A stretch of 63,792 nucleotides of DNA, filler included, from Octopus bimaculoides (GCF_001194135.2; 11 parts of 11 records of this genome joined end to end with filler, not necessarily neighbours in it), one strand, 5' to 3'; counted from the first letter of the whole stretch, positions 10,939-24,647 are shown. Made by a program: numbers and translations. Notes: a model not told the origin generated them from the sequence alone.

Positions 10939-11296
10939 NNNNNNNNNNNNNNNNNNNNNNNNNNNNNNNNNNNNNNNNNNNNNNNNNNNNNNNNNNNNNN
11001 NNNNNNNNNNNNNNNNNNNNNNNNNNNNNNNNNNNNNNNNNNNNNNNNNNNNNNNNNNNNNNNNNNNNNNNNNNNNNNNNNNNNNNNNNNNNNNNNNNNN
11101 NNNNNNNNNNNNNNNNNNNNNNNNNNNNNNNNNNNNNNNNNNNNNNNNNNNNNNNNNNNNNNNNNNNNNNNNNNNNNNNNNNNNNNNNNNNNNNNNNNNN
11201 NNNNNNNNNNNNNNNNNNNNNNNNNNNNNNNNNNNNNNNNNNNNNNNNNNNNNNNNNNNNNNNNNNNNNNNNNNNNNNNNNNNNNNNNNNNNNNNN

Positions 11297-11343
<47 letters not shown>

Positions 11344-11345
<2 letters not shown>

Positions 11346-12164
11346 ATTCTTGAATAGCTCCAGTTTGGCTATTGAAGAAAAGTGGCTTAGGAGCACGTTT
11401 ACATTGTTTAAGATCGATATATCTAGGTACAAATTTCAAGTTCAACGTATATATATATATATATGCCAGAATCGTTAGCACGCCGGGCGAAATGCTTAGC
11501 TGTATTTCTTACGTCTTTACGATTTCAGTTCAAATTCCGCCGAGCACGAATTTGCCTTTCATCCTTTTTTTCTAGGAGAATTTTATACACGACACATGCC
11601 TATCTTTATTAATCTAAAGAAATAAAAGATAAATGTAACCAACTGGGGTTTATCCAGAACGTAAAAGTTCGGAACGAGTTAACTTAGTGATTTCAGATGG
11701 CATTTAGGCTATTCGCGTTACCAAAAGTTTTGCTATCTTTTAGAACATATGAAGAGAATGATGAAATATCTATTTTGAAACTAAAGGATTTTGTATTCAA
11801 ATACATAATCGTTTCATACCCATACGAAACAAAACATGAATTGGCTTATTGAAGTAATAATTCCCCGAAGAAATCAATCTGAATAAAATACATCAAAATA
11901 AAAAGTGTACTAAGTCACCTCATTGAAACGTACATATTTAAAAAAAAAATTCTTAATGATGTACTGAAAGGCACGCATTCACACGCACTTATATACATGT
12001 GTGTGTGTATGTGTGTGCGCGCGTGTGTGTATGTACGTGCTTAAAGAATATTTAATATAATTAATTCTTGAATAGCTCCAGTTTGGCTATTGAAGAAAAG
12101 TGGCTTAGGAGCACGTTTACATTGTTTAGGATCAATATATCTAGGTACACATTTTAAGTTCAAC
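11344..12164 (+). repeat. 103-bp direct repeat pair (11344-11446 and 12062-12164)
   Basis: TAATTCTTGAATAGCTCCAGTTTGGCTATTGAAGAAAAGTGGC...GTTCAAC occurs twice, 718 bp apart, with about 4 mismatches. Confidence 0.9.
11464..11570 (+). mobile_element. tRNA-derived SINE-A, partial
   Basis: GTTAGCACGCCGGGCGAAATGCTTAGC...GTTCAAATTCCGCCGAG...TTTGCCTTTCATCC. Confidence 0.8.
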
Positions 12165-15100
12165 TTATATTATTCCTTCTTTTAGGCATGGTGCGTTATA
12201 TATATTAAAAAAGAAAACGTATATTTAATTTAGACAGAGAATACTTTTCAGTACAAGAAAGCAATTCAATCATTTTTATTGTTTATCTTCTGTGAGTTTT
12301 TGTTCACGTGATAAAGTTGAACCCAATAATCCGTTATATTATAAATGCACTCTATCAACTTGTTCATTATTTCCAAAGAAATTCTCCTTCTAGATTGGTG
12401 GAATCAACGCTGCAACACGACAAAGAATATTATATATTTCCTTTTATACTTCCAATGATATTACTCTGATACAAATTTGCGCCAAGTACGCAGTTTCTAA
12501 ATGTCTTAGCTATGGAATTACTTCAAATTTCACCGCACTACCTTATGAAATGAACAAGTCAATGAACAATGTTACTATTTGAAACATGGTATTTTCTTGA
12601 AAGATGGATATATACAATCGGTGACAACCCGGGCTTACGTAATAACAGGTACAACTGAGTCAAATATGATGTTTTACGACAGTTAGCAAGTATACTTCAT
12701 GTTATCAATTGTTGGCCCTTTTAGAAACATGAAGTTTCAAATGACGTAATATAATCTCAGAAGGAAGTATGAACTATTAAACAGGAGGTAGACAACCATG
12801 CTCCAAATGATCAAGAATTCTTCTTGTACCATTGCTTTCTTTTAATTATGACTGAGCGGAGGGTGAGCGAGGTAGGTAGGGGAAAGGGTACAGGAAAAAT
12901 AGAATATTACTCGGAAGTAATAAGGGACATTTGTTAACATTGTAGTGAGTAGTAACTAATACAGAATCATGTGCAAAGGTATTCATTCTAAGGTCATGCA
13001 TTCATTAGGATATAATATTTATAAAATAAATTGAAAACTACTTTTAAGTTTTGAATTTCGATGCAAACATATTTCTGTAAAACTGTATTTTGAAAGTGAC
13101 TTTGTGGCAATTTGGAAGTAAGTGGATAGTAATAACTGCCAATAAACACACTTACTGGTTTTTATTTACTTCACTTTTAGATTTAGCTCAGTTGTTAGGT
13201 TATTGTCGCACGACTCACATATTTCTAATTTCAAGATCATTCAAAAGCGTCACAGTAATATAACGAAAAATATCTGATAAATTGATTAGCAATAAATGTA
13301 AACATGATATGCATTACAACCATTGCGTGTGTTTGATGACTGTATGACTGCCAAACAATAACAAAGAATATGTTATGAACAAGTAATGTTTAGAGTCTCT
13401 GGGAAAAATAAATACTATCTTTCGACAGTTGATTTCATAATAGTTTCGTATGAGAAACGATGTAAAATAAAATGTTGCAATTTCAATATTTGGAGAAAAT
13501 ATTATCTGCTGTTTTTTTGGTTTTTATTTGTGTATTCTTTTTTCGCTTTTACCTTAACTTTTAAAAAAGTTTTGAGTTGTGAAATATGTAAATATGTAAA
13601 TACTGCTGGTCACGCATATCAGGTTTTTTCCAAATTTTCAAATAAATATAGTTGTTTTGTCAGGTCTTCTGCAGTCAATTCTCTGTAAATCTTGCGATTC
13701 GAGAAGAGTGGCAGTGAGAGCTGTATAGAGATCTCACCTGGCAATCGTGTTTGCTTCATATTTGCGTGGAAGGTATCGTATTTGCATACGCAAAATCATG
13801 CCTTGATAATACTTGTTGTCACCTTGTGAACCACTTCAACACTTCGTTGGTTCAAATGTAGCAGCTGCGAGACTCGACCGAATATCGCTCTCACTTGAGC
13901 TGATGCTTATCAGGTACGCTATACGGCACAAGAACCTGAATAAGGAAAACCTTGCTACAAATGACCAGAGGTGAATTTCTTTGTTTCTGTGTGAGGTATG
14001 CATGAATAAAATATGGAAAGAACAGACGATCAATTTACAGTGTGAAAATTTATTCTACGGGTAGTTTGGATAGGCGCTATCTGCTCTCCAATAGCATGAG
14101 AGTGATACATAAAGGTGAGCGTCCCATTTGATTTTCTAACAGACAAATAAAAGACAAAGAAAGAGTCAAAAATGCTTGGAGTTCTGCAAGGATCAGGCCG
14201 ATCACGAACCCTGAAAACACATCAGTTTTCTTCTTGACAATAAAGTATTGATTTAGGTTCGAATAGATACGAATCGAAAATCATTGAGGTACACCCTAAG
14301 AAGGACATATATAGAAAATATACAATGACCATTAAACAAATGTCTAAATGTAGTCATACATTATCCTGTACATATGCATTTGTGTACATATATATTTTAT
14401 TCAAGTATTCAGCTGTATGCAAATATTTATACGTATACGATCCCCGAAACTTTCCTGTTTGGAATGGTTAGCTATGCCCAACGTCATTGATTATGAAGCT
14501 ATTTGTTGGCTGAAATCTATCTTGAAAGTAGGAGGGAACACTACAGTTTTGAAGATGCAAACAATATTTTGTCTACACTTGTATCCTTTTTATTAAAGAC
14601 TTTAAGAAATTCAACCTATTTCATAAACTAACTGGTGTGTGTAAATAAACATGAAATGAAAATACATGGCAGTCTGCTTCAAGCTGTTGTAAGTTGAATA
14701 TAACAGTATTTTGATTTAATATAACATATGCGATCTTTGGTCATGTAGCAGAAAGATAAAACTCGACTTTCAAATCGCAAAGTATTTAACATCAACTCTC
14801 TTTGTTTATGCCTCAAATTCCGTTTATGTAGACATTATCCACAATAATGGTCTCTATATAGTATGTGCGCACTACTCGTTTTATGAAGGCATTTAACTTT
14901 TTATCAAATTATCTCTTCCTATTCCATTTTTATCATAGAATGTTGCCTTAGAGCTCCTAGGTTTGTTGTTTGCTGTGCTCTTTATGCTCGGCAGCAACAT
15001 TAAAACGAAGTTATAAAAATGTATTTCAAATCTGTAGTTACTATCCTGAGATAGTCTTGAAATTACGGAATTAAAATTTCTCTTAAAGCGATATATTTTG

Positions 15101-16222
15101 AATAGAAGCGATACGAGATCCGATGCTTGCTTAAAGATATCGCCACATTAAGCAAGTTTATAATACAGCTGCAACTCTTCAATTTCCGAACGCATGTGGT
15201 TCTAACTGGAAACAAGTTGTTCCCTATGCGGTAGATTGACCTGCAAAAACATATTTATTATGTCCCACTCTAATCAAGTTTGATACCTGGGTGGTAAACT
15301 ATAAATGAATAATGACGACTGGAACGCTTTTGATTTCCTAACCGATGAACACTCATCTAAATATAATCACTAGCAGAAACGACGGTTGAGGTTTGAACTT
15401 ACAACATGCCAATGCATCATCCATCAGCCTTTCTTCACAGTCGGTCACACGAACGACAAATTATCTACTCACGTAGAACTGAAACAATTGTGTTGATTAT
15501 GGATACATCACGGTTCTGATGAAAAAAGTATTGAATTCGTAACAGAATTTAGATTAAATACTCTGAAATAGAAAGCGAAACCGGGTCTCAAGAATTCTAG
15601 AGGCAACCATAGATACCGTGTCTATGACCACACACATTAAAAAAATATATTATAATAATAACTTGATCAATACAATAATAAAAAAAAAAAGCACTTTCAA
15701 TTTGTGTACTTCTGATGTGGAATTTATTGATTAACTATCAATTTATCGTAAGCTACAATTGCTTGAAAGCATACCTGCATTTAATGACTGGCGCTAAATT
15801 GATGTAATCAGTACAATTTTCAACCAGAGTGTCATGCAAAAACACAGATGTATAGTGACAATAAAGCTGTAGGGATGTATCGTTTAGTCACGTGTGGTGA
15901 CTGGCAGTAATTTGTTGTATATCTTGATGTATTTGAACATGTCAGAAATATCAGTCTCTGATGGATAGAATTAGGAAACAATAATTCAATTGTGTTGACT
16001 GAATCTGGAATGTTACGACCTTCTGTTTGGTCACACTAATTGATTTTCAGTCGGCTACTTTAGAGAGTTAAGCTAATTGTTCATCAATCTAATGGACTGC
16101 TCTAGTTATATTGCAAACTAGTCAATAATTTCAAATGAAAACAGGTCGATAAAATCCAAAACTACACACAAAACCATAGACACATACACACACACATTCT
16201 TCTTCTTCTTCTTCTTCTTCTT

Positions 16223-16255
<33 letters not shown>

Positions 16256-16640
16256 GAAGTTGTTGGTGTTATTGTTGTTTTTGTTATCACGTTTAATGAC
16301 TATTGCTGTCATTAATATTAAAACAATTAAATTGTGTCATAAAGATAAACATTTTGAAATTCTATTTCTCATAATTTTATACCTTTAGATTCGGATTAAT
16401 GGTGTAGCTAGAACTATATACATCCCTTAGTACATCAATGTGTTTCGCTATCGTTTGGGAGCAAGTTTGAAACCGACATGATTCTTCTATTTTTCTTGCA
16501 TTAGACTAATTCATGATCGCTTAACATTAAATCTGTCGAATGATAAGTATATGTTTCTTTAAAGCAATAGTTATAACATTGAGTATATATTTATATATAC
16601 TCCAGAAGTTATTAACTTTTTTATTAATAATCGTATCTAA

Positions 16641-16844
16641 TCTAGGCACAAAGTCCGAAACTTTTGGGGAAGGGTCCAGTCAATTAGATCGACCCCAGTA
16701 AGCAAATGGTACTTAATTTATCGACCCCGAAAGGATGAAAGGCAAAGTCTACCTCGACGGAATTTGAACTCAGAACGTAACGGCAGACGAAATAATGCTA
16801 AGCATTTCGTCCGGCGTGCTAATGTTTCTGTCAGCTCACCGCCT
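16641..16844 (-). mobile_element. SINE-A with tail type 1
   Basis: Reverse complement of the SINE-A head and core; the tail reads GGGGAAGGG...CTAGG. Confidence 0.85.
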
Positions 16845-16894
16845 TTCAAGGTTTATAATATTCTTTTCTACTCGAGGCATAAGGTCGGAAATTT

Positions 16895-17112
16895 TAACAC
16901 CCTTGTCGAGAACCAGAGCGAATCGCATAAGGTCCCCGACTAGCTTACAGAAAACGAATTCCAGGCGGTATTCCAAGGGTGGCAGGAACACGTGGACCGG
17001 TGTATTGCTATGTAAGATGGGTATTTCGAAGGATATGATATTAAAACTTGGGTAAATAAGTTATTTTCTTTTATTAAACATAGCTAGTCCTGGAACTTTT
17101 TATACCACCTGG
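16895..17112 (+). mobile_element. mariner 3' fragment with terminal inverted repeat (TIR)
   Basis: LTENEFQAVFQGWQEHVDRCIA..DGYFEG is a mariner transposase C-terminus. It is followed by TIR-like GTCCTGGAACTTTTTATACCACCTGG|TA. Confidence 0.7.
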
Positions 17113-17929
17113 TATTTATACACTTCAAAGATTTTGTGAAAAGATGGAAATATACCGAGCCATGCTCAATTTGAATGATAGAATGATGTACATAGATTGA
17201 TAAAATTAATATTCTCATCTCTAGTATTCGTAGTCTAGATTGTTATTGTAGTGATATAAACCAGTTGTTTTGGTGATAAATAATGGCCACAAATTGCTCT
17301 ATCCGCTTAAATTCTTGTAAAATCAGATAACGTTACAAGGTAGGAAATATTGTCAGCTATACATTAAAGATAATGTAGATGAAGCTACGTATTTCCTATT
17401 AGGAATTTATTGTCTGTGTTAATTTAAAAGTCATAGTATAAAATATTTATATATGCTAAATTTAATTGGTTACTAACTAACGGTTACAGAAATAACTAGA
17501 TTTATTGATGATTGCATTAAACTACACCATGAGTTTATTATAACAACTACGTATAATAAATATCAAGAAAATTCATCAACATGTTACACAAATATAAACT
17601 ATAGTAGCTTATTTTCCAAGGCTGCTTTTGATCCACTAATCGATGTATTACATTACATGTTGCGGTAAGTGTTAACGCATTAAAACAGTATTTAATATTT
17701 GGGAGCTTAACATCATCACTTAAAGTGAACAAACTACTATTAAATATACTACTCGTTGGTGACGGTTATCTGATTTCGAAGAGATAAGATATGTTTTAAA
17801 ATGTGATTCTGTGATAACTGGATTCAGTAGTACAACTAATTTGATAGTAAAGATTACTTTAAGTTTTATACGAAACGTGACAGACATAAATGCAATAGAT
17901 TTCATTTATTTTATCTCCAAATATTCATT

Positions 17930-18545
17930 TCTACTCTTGGCGTAAGACCGAAATTTTTGGGGAGGAGGTCAGTCGATTAGATCGATCCCAGTACGCAACT
18001 AGTACTTAATTTATCCACCCCAAAAGGATGAAAGGCAAAGTCGACCTCGGCAGAATTTGAAATCAGAACGTAAAGGCAGACGAATACTGCTAAGCATTTC
18101 GCCCGGCGTGCTAATGTTTCTTATTTCTTTACTGCCCACAAGGGGCTACATACAGAGGGTACAAACAAGGACATACAAACGGATTAAGTCGATTATATCA
18201 ACCCCAGTGCATAACTGGTACTTCATTTATCGACCCCGAAAGGATGAAAGGCAAAGTCGATCTCGGCGGAATTTGAACTCGGAACGTAACGGTAGACGAA
18301 TTACCGCTAAGCGTTTCGCCCAGCGTGCTAATGTTTCTGTCAGCTCACCGCCTTTCAAGGTTTATAATATTCTTTTCTACTCGAGGCATAAAGCTGGAAA
18401 TTTTGGGGGAAGCAGGGCAAGTCGATTAAATTTACCGCGGTATGCAACTGGTACTTAATGCATTGATCTCGAAATAATGAAAGGCAAAGTAGACCTCAGT
18501 GGAATTCGAAATCAGAACGTAAAGACAAAGGAAATACTGCCGACT
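17930..18545 (-). mobile_element. Three tandem or nested SINE-A copies (tails 1, 2, 1)
   Basis: The core CCCCGAAAGGATGAAAGGCAAAGTCGAC recurs at about 18020, 18235 and 18475. Confidence 0.85.
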
Positions 18546-18679
18546 TGTTTCTCTCCAAATATTATTTAATAATGAGGTTCTACTTATAGCATTTGTTACT
18601 TGGTCAACGTAGAGTATTTGTTATTCTTGTCGTATTTATCTGTTATTATTATTGTTGTTGTTGTTGGCAGATAAAATGC

Positions 18680-18790
18680 TTTCGTCCTTCTCTTCGCTCT
18701 GAGTTCAAATTCCACCGAGGTCACCGTTACCTTTCATCATTTCAGTGTCGATGAAATAAATACTAGTTGAGCACTGGGTTCAATGTTTTC
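18680..18790 (+). mobile_element. Degenerate SINE-A
   Basis: AAAATGCTT...CTGAGTTCAAATTCCACCGAGGTC...CCTTTCATC. Confidence 0.65.
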
Positions 18791-18965
18791 TATTTCTTTC
18801 ATGATAATATGTTGATCTCTTGGCACTTCCACGTTAATTATTAGGGACTCTTGTTTGTCCCTCATAAAGGTTACTATGATCAGCCTTCGATGCTCTAATA
18901 CCTTGTCTGTCTGGAGGCCCCAGAGGAATTTTGACTTTCCTTTTTCGTCCATTACCTTTTTTTTT
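18790..18965 (-). mobile_element. Second, more decayed REL-endonuclease LINE fragment
   Basis: KSKFLWGLQTDKVLEHRRLIIV....QESLIINVEVPRDQHIIMKE aligns by eye with the ILWDF.IQTD..I..RRPDIV...IIDVA.P.D.NI..KE motif. Confidence 0.7.
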
Positions 18966-21900
18966 TGGCGTTTGTTGTTACCACGCACCCGTAATCTCCT
19001 ATCCATATTTCCGGCGTAGTAGCCAGTGAATGTTTTGGTCTGCATTGTCGTGTCTGCGCGTGTAATCCTTCTGCTCAAGACATTCAAAATCACTAAAAAT
19101 GTGAGTCACTCTTTCGACCCTCTCTCCACACATTCTGCAGCGGTTCGTTCCACTGTTTTGGTATATATAACCTATTACTGAGTTGGTATTCAGTGCCGGA
19201 TTCTACCCTTCCTCCGTACTGGACACCTGTCTATTGGATTTGACAGTCGTTCGTCCCAGTTCGCAATATATAAATATATAAGTGACATTCAGTCGTTGAT
19301 TTTGCACCAAGCAATGTAGCTGGTTCTAAAATCTCTATAACAGCTGCAGGTAGTATCTCTACTGAAAAGTACCGTTTGTTGCCACTTCAACATGACTACC
19401 ATACGGAATAATGTTAATAGTTAATACTTTCTCGGATGTTGTTTCGCATTACATACAATATATGGACTATAGAAGGAAGCCGCGGTTAATCCCCCAAATT
19501 TCCGACACCAGTGTCTCCATTTCTAGTTTAATAACCCTATTCAATAGAAAGATTATATGTAATCCAGATTTGAAATGTGCTGAAGGAATTTTAGTGCATC
19601 GTTCATTCAAATACTTGGAAATTATTATGTTTAATTCGTTACCATAGCGACTGAAGAGTGCAACATTTTTCAGGAAGGTTAGTGAATCAGTAGCATAGTG
19701 AAGATTCGCTGCAACACCACTACTTTCTTTGTCCTAATGTGGAAAATAACAATCCTGCTGGTAGGGCGTTCAGTATTCTTGTTCGGGATTCATATTCAAA
19801 AGACAGAAATATAAAATAGAAATGTAGGTTATATTGCTTTTATTCTGAAGAAAATTTAAGTATATCATTCATGATGTCCGTTGTGTATATATAAAACCTT
19901 ATCTGGTCTTAGTTGTAATAATATATTGCCTTATTTTAATCGCTTATCCGTGCCTTCTATCATGTCTAAGGGAATTAATGTTGAAGTATACTGTACAATA
20001 ATACTACTTTAAATGATGATAAACGAAATCTTTTCTATTGCCATAATAAAGATTAACGGAATTTCAATTGAACTACAGAGAAGTTAACGTGGATTAGCGA
20101 GAAAAGAATCATGTCTGATTAAGTAAATTATCTTCAATGAAAGATAACGATTCGTACTATAGTTTAAGTGATCATGGTACAACAAACACTAGTATACAAA
20201 TGAATCATATTTGCATTGAACTTTAAATTCCCATATGGAGTTTGAAAACTCCGTTCTTACTGGCATTCCTGCATGAAGTATGAGTTTATATGCATCGTTA
20301 AAAACAAACGAAAACTTAATGACAGATGATTGTCACATGGAATGTACTCGCAATAAATATTACAAATATCTATCACATTATATTTATGATATCGATGACA
20401 TTTAATTCTAGTTGTAGATGTTGTTAACAGACACTTATGTGATGCGATCGGTTTTGTTTTATAAAACGCTTGTGTATATATTGACACACATATATATTTA
20501 TATAAACATATACGCATATAGAAAGAAATACATGTATATATGTGTATATATATGTGTGTGTGTGTGTGTCTGTATGTGTAAGTGTGTATGTATGTATGTT
20601 TGTATGTATGTATGTATGTATGTATGTGTGTGTGTGCTAAATATATAGTCACCGCTCCAAACATATATAATTATTTAACGCAATATTCCTGAAAAATAAA
20701 TATCTAAATACTTCAATTACACTACGTTGAAACTTTATGCTGACCAGCGAATTAAGACAATATCATATTTATAAGCGATCTCCGGAAATATCTATGAACG
20801 TGTCGTTAATGCTATCAGTAAGGTGGTTATGAAAACATTGTTTACAAGACTTATGCGAATACTAGCTCTTTCTGATATGTAATTAAACACTTTGCCGTAG
20901 CACAACGGTAAATCGTCTCTTATTCGATCTTACCGACAAAATGCTGAACGGTATATATTCCGACGTTATGTTCTACTTGCATTTCATATTTTCAAATTCG
21001 ACAAATTATGTATCATTGCAGCACTTGTGTTCATCCAGCCGTGTAAGTCAATTTGGCAGACGGAATCTAAAATGATCCCGTCGATTATATCTTAAACATA
21101 AATGGCAGTTTCTGTCTGTCATTTCGTCTGTTACCATCTTGCTGCCCTACTAGAGAAACATTCTTGACGAAAATTTGCATACATGTTAAACTAACACCCA
21201 GTTAATTTATAGGATAACTTGATCTCAATAAAAATCTTTAATATTTGTGCTATATAGAAGCAATTATTCAGCACAGTAATATTGCATTCCGCTACGTAGG
21301 TTATAATTTTTTTCTCAAACAAATACAGCAAGAAAATATTCTCCAAATCAAATGGAATTAGGACGCCATTATTCGAAATGCTTTGGTGTATCATTTTGTT
21401 TTCCATTAGGTTTATCAGCAAAGTAAAATACGAAATAGTTTACTTGCACTATCAATAAGTTGCAGGTGGCGTTTTTACAAGTATTCTCAATGGATTACTA
21501 TAAATACAGATTTAATCTTGAGGATTTGATAAAGTAAATATTGTTAAAAATGCAAGTTTCAAAGGATATATTTACACATTGATTTATCTTAAGTAAAATG
21601 ACATATATTCTTCAGAAATATATTATAAAATCGTACGGGAGTACATTATGATTATCGAAGTAGAAATATAAAGAAAAAATCTTCCGATATAAATATATCA
21701 ATATATAATCATAATATTATTTCTATATCTTCCTGCAAATTAAATACAAATGAATGTGTGGAAACAATTGCAGAGAGATAAAATTATTGCAACCACAAAG
21801 CCGAACATACTCTGTTATATTCAGCTAGAGTTTATAATTTTGCATACATCTATAACAATTTTCTGTTTGCCATGCTGTTCATTTTACGCTTCCAAAAAAA

Positions 21901-23519
21901 TTAACGCTGGAACAAAATCGAAAACGGAAGCTATTTCATTGATATTATGAAACAATATTGTGAAGATCGAAAAGTTTATGCGTGAATGAAAAACAATTAT
22001 GAAACAGAATTATCACGGGTCTCTCTAGTATTATATATTATGGAATATGAAAGCTTTTTCTAGTCATCTGTCATTAATTTACATGTCTACACTTTTAACT
22101 TCTTTTCTCATTAGAATACTAATTTAATATTCTATACATCATTGTATATTGACAGTTGCTTCATTATGCTGTACATTCGATAAAAGTAATTATTAAACAA
22201 AATAGTGTGTTTGAAATACAGACCTATTTTATTTAGCAGTCATTTGTACAGATTCACGATTAAGGAGAAAAGAAAGAGACTAGATCAAGCAGAATGGATC
22301 TTTACTAACATATAAGGTAACTAAATTCCCAAGTAAAATCGATTTAGTTGAGAGGAACTACAGTTGGAATCATGAGAATGAAATATATTTTCATTTCCGA
22401 CCTCAACACTCTAAGCTATAGATCATAATGTTAGCATTGCATGGAATATAAGAACAATGTTAGCAAAATAAAAGTATATTATCTGCAGAAACTATGAATT
22501 ATCAGTGTAGACATATAATGCATATGAATAATAATTTATATGTTATAAGTACAAGAACTTCGTTTAACCTATTCAGATCTGCCCTCTCACAAAACGTACT
22601 TGAGAAAAATAAATTCAAAATGTTACCAAGAACTTGATGCATTGGTTGAAATGTACAACGTTCCTTGAGATATCCCTCTCGATATGCGTTCATAAATATA
22701 TTCATGAAGGGGAAATCTCCACGTAATTTAATCAATTCGTAATTGATGGAAGCAAATATTTATATGAAAATAAACATTAAACTAAACTTGCAACCAGACC
22801 TTATTTGTGGCGGGTAATTCTTCCGAAAATAAATCTATATTTGTCACAGCTAATTCAGTATCTAACGACTATTTCCTCAATATAACAATACATATATTGT
22901 GTTTTATCCAATTGTGAATATTGAAATATGTATTATAATCCAGAATACCAGTGGAACATATTACTCATATGAACGTTTTAAAGGTGAAATGCTGATGTAT
23001 GGCAGATGCTATAGCTACATGTGTTTTTTGGATGTGGTCCATGATTTGTACATATGCTGCAATACTCTAATGTATATCTGCCCGTAACATTGTGAAAGAT
23101 ATTTCGGTATTCGCAGAAGTGGTGGCGGGAAAGCTAGTGTACTTTCTTGGCTTGTAGAGAACAATCAGTCTTTGTTATACCTTGCTGTGTTGAAGGTTTT
23201 GTTCGCCCGGAAAAATAAAAAAAGATAATAATTCAACATTGCTACTGTCTAGAGTTTCCAGCAATAATGTATTACTGATCTCAGTAGTAGCTTCAGGATA
23301 ATATCGACGCAATGTTTCAAACCTAGTTGAATCAATTTTACTTTACCTCTGCTGTAAATGTTTTGGAAATGTAATGATGGATATCTCAAGCAACACGATA
23401 GATGTAATTGGAAAACGAAATCTCCTACATTAAAAGCAATAACGATACCGTAATTAATATCTTTTTGATTAAGTTTATCCAAAATTATCATAACGAATTC
23501 AAGCCTGCGGTGATAACAT

Positions 23520-23732
23520 TCTTTTCTACTCTAGGCAAAAGGCCCATGATTTTTGGGGAGGGGCCAGTCAATTAGAGCGACCCAACTACGCAACTGGTAC
23601 TTAATTTATCGACCCCGAAAGGATGAAAAGCAGAGTGGACCTCGGCGGAATTTGAAATCAGAACGTAAAGACAGAAGAAATACCGCTAAGCCTTACGCTC
23701 GGTGTTACTAACGTTTCTGCCACCTCACCACT
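23520..23732 (-). mobile_element. SINE-A with tail type 1
   Basis: Full head, core and tail on the minus strand. Confidence 0.85.
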
Positions 23733-24373
23733 TTGCAGTGATAGCATATTGGCTGCAATCACGATATCTAATCAACAAAATAAATTAACTACATGATATA
23801 TTGTTTAATATATTTTTCTCATTCCAAAATTGTAAATAATTTACAATACTATAGGAAGTGAGAGAAAATAAAATGCGTTAGATATCTTCCAATCCGAAGT
23901 ATATTATTACCAAATTGAAGTCATGACACTTATTCCTCATTCAATTGGAAATTGGAAGTATTTCTAGATTTCCAGTACTATCTGTACGCTTCTATAACAT
24001 TACTAATTAGTTAGGTATGTTGGAATGTTACTCTTACATCGCGCAGCCGTGAGTTGATGTATAAAATATTCCAATGGTTTCAAATGCATATTCTATATGG
24101 TAATTGAAATACTGCATGATTTAAAAGAAATGAAATTTACTTACGGCGATAAATTACGGAATATATGTTGACGAGACGTTTGTAACGGTGCAAGTATACC
24201 AATGATAATTATTTGATTGAATACGGGATTAAATGAGGAAGAGTATCATTTGAAGGTGCAGTGATAGGGAAAGAAATGATGAAGGTTATTTGGCCCAGAA
24301 TTCTAATTTCTCTGTCAAACACACACAGACACACACTGACACACACACACATATACATATATAATATATATAT

Positions 24374-24473
24374 NNNNNNNNNNNNNNNNNNNNNNNNNNN
24401 NNNNNNNNNNNNNNNNNTTAATTAATTAANNNNNNNNNNNNNNNNNNNNNNNNNNNNNNNNNNNNNNNNNNNN
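24374..24473. other. Artificial scaffold linker
   Basis: N44-TTAATTAATTAA-N44. Confidence 0.95.
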
Positions 24474-24647
24474 GTTACGTTCTGAGTTCAAATTCCGCTG
24501 AGGTCGACTTTGCCTTTCATCGTTTCGGGGGGTCGATAAATTAAGTACCAGTTACGCACTGGGGTCGAGGTAATCGACTTAATCCCTTTGTCTGTCCTTG
24601 TTTGTCCCTTCTATGTTTAGCCCCTTGTGGGCAATAAAGAGATAAGA
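24474..24647 (+). mobile_element. SINE-A with tail type 2, 5' end cut by the scaffold start
   Basis: Core followed by CCCTTTGTCTGTCCTTGTTTGTCCC...GGGCAATAAAGAGATAAG. Confidence 0.85.

Noticed and set aside
13386-14033. ORFs 13386-13688 (+) and 13836-14033 (-)
   Set aside because: No recognisable domain and no consistent splice structure; AT-driven composition.
22251-22316. AG/GT-bounded segment
   Set aside because: Stops in all three frames; at most a non-coding exon, with no further support.
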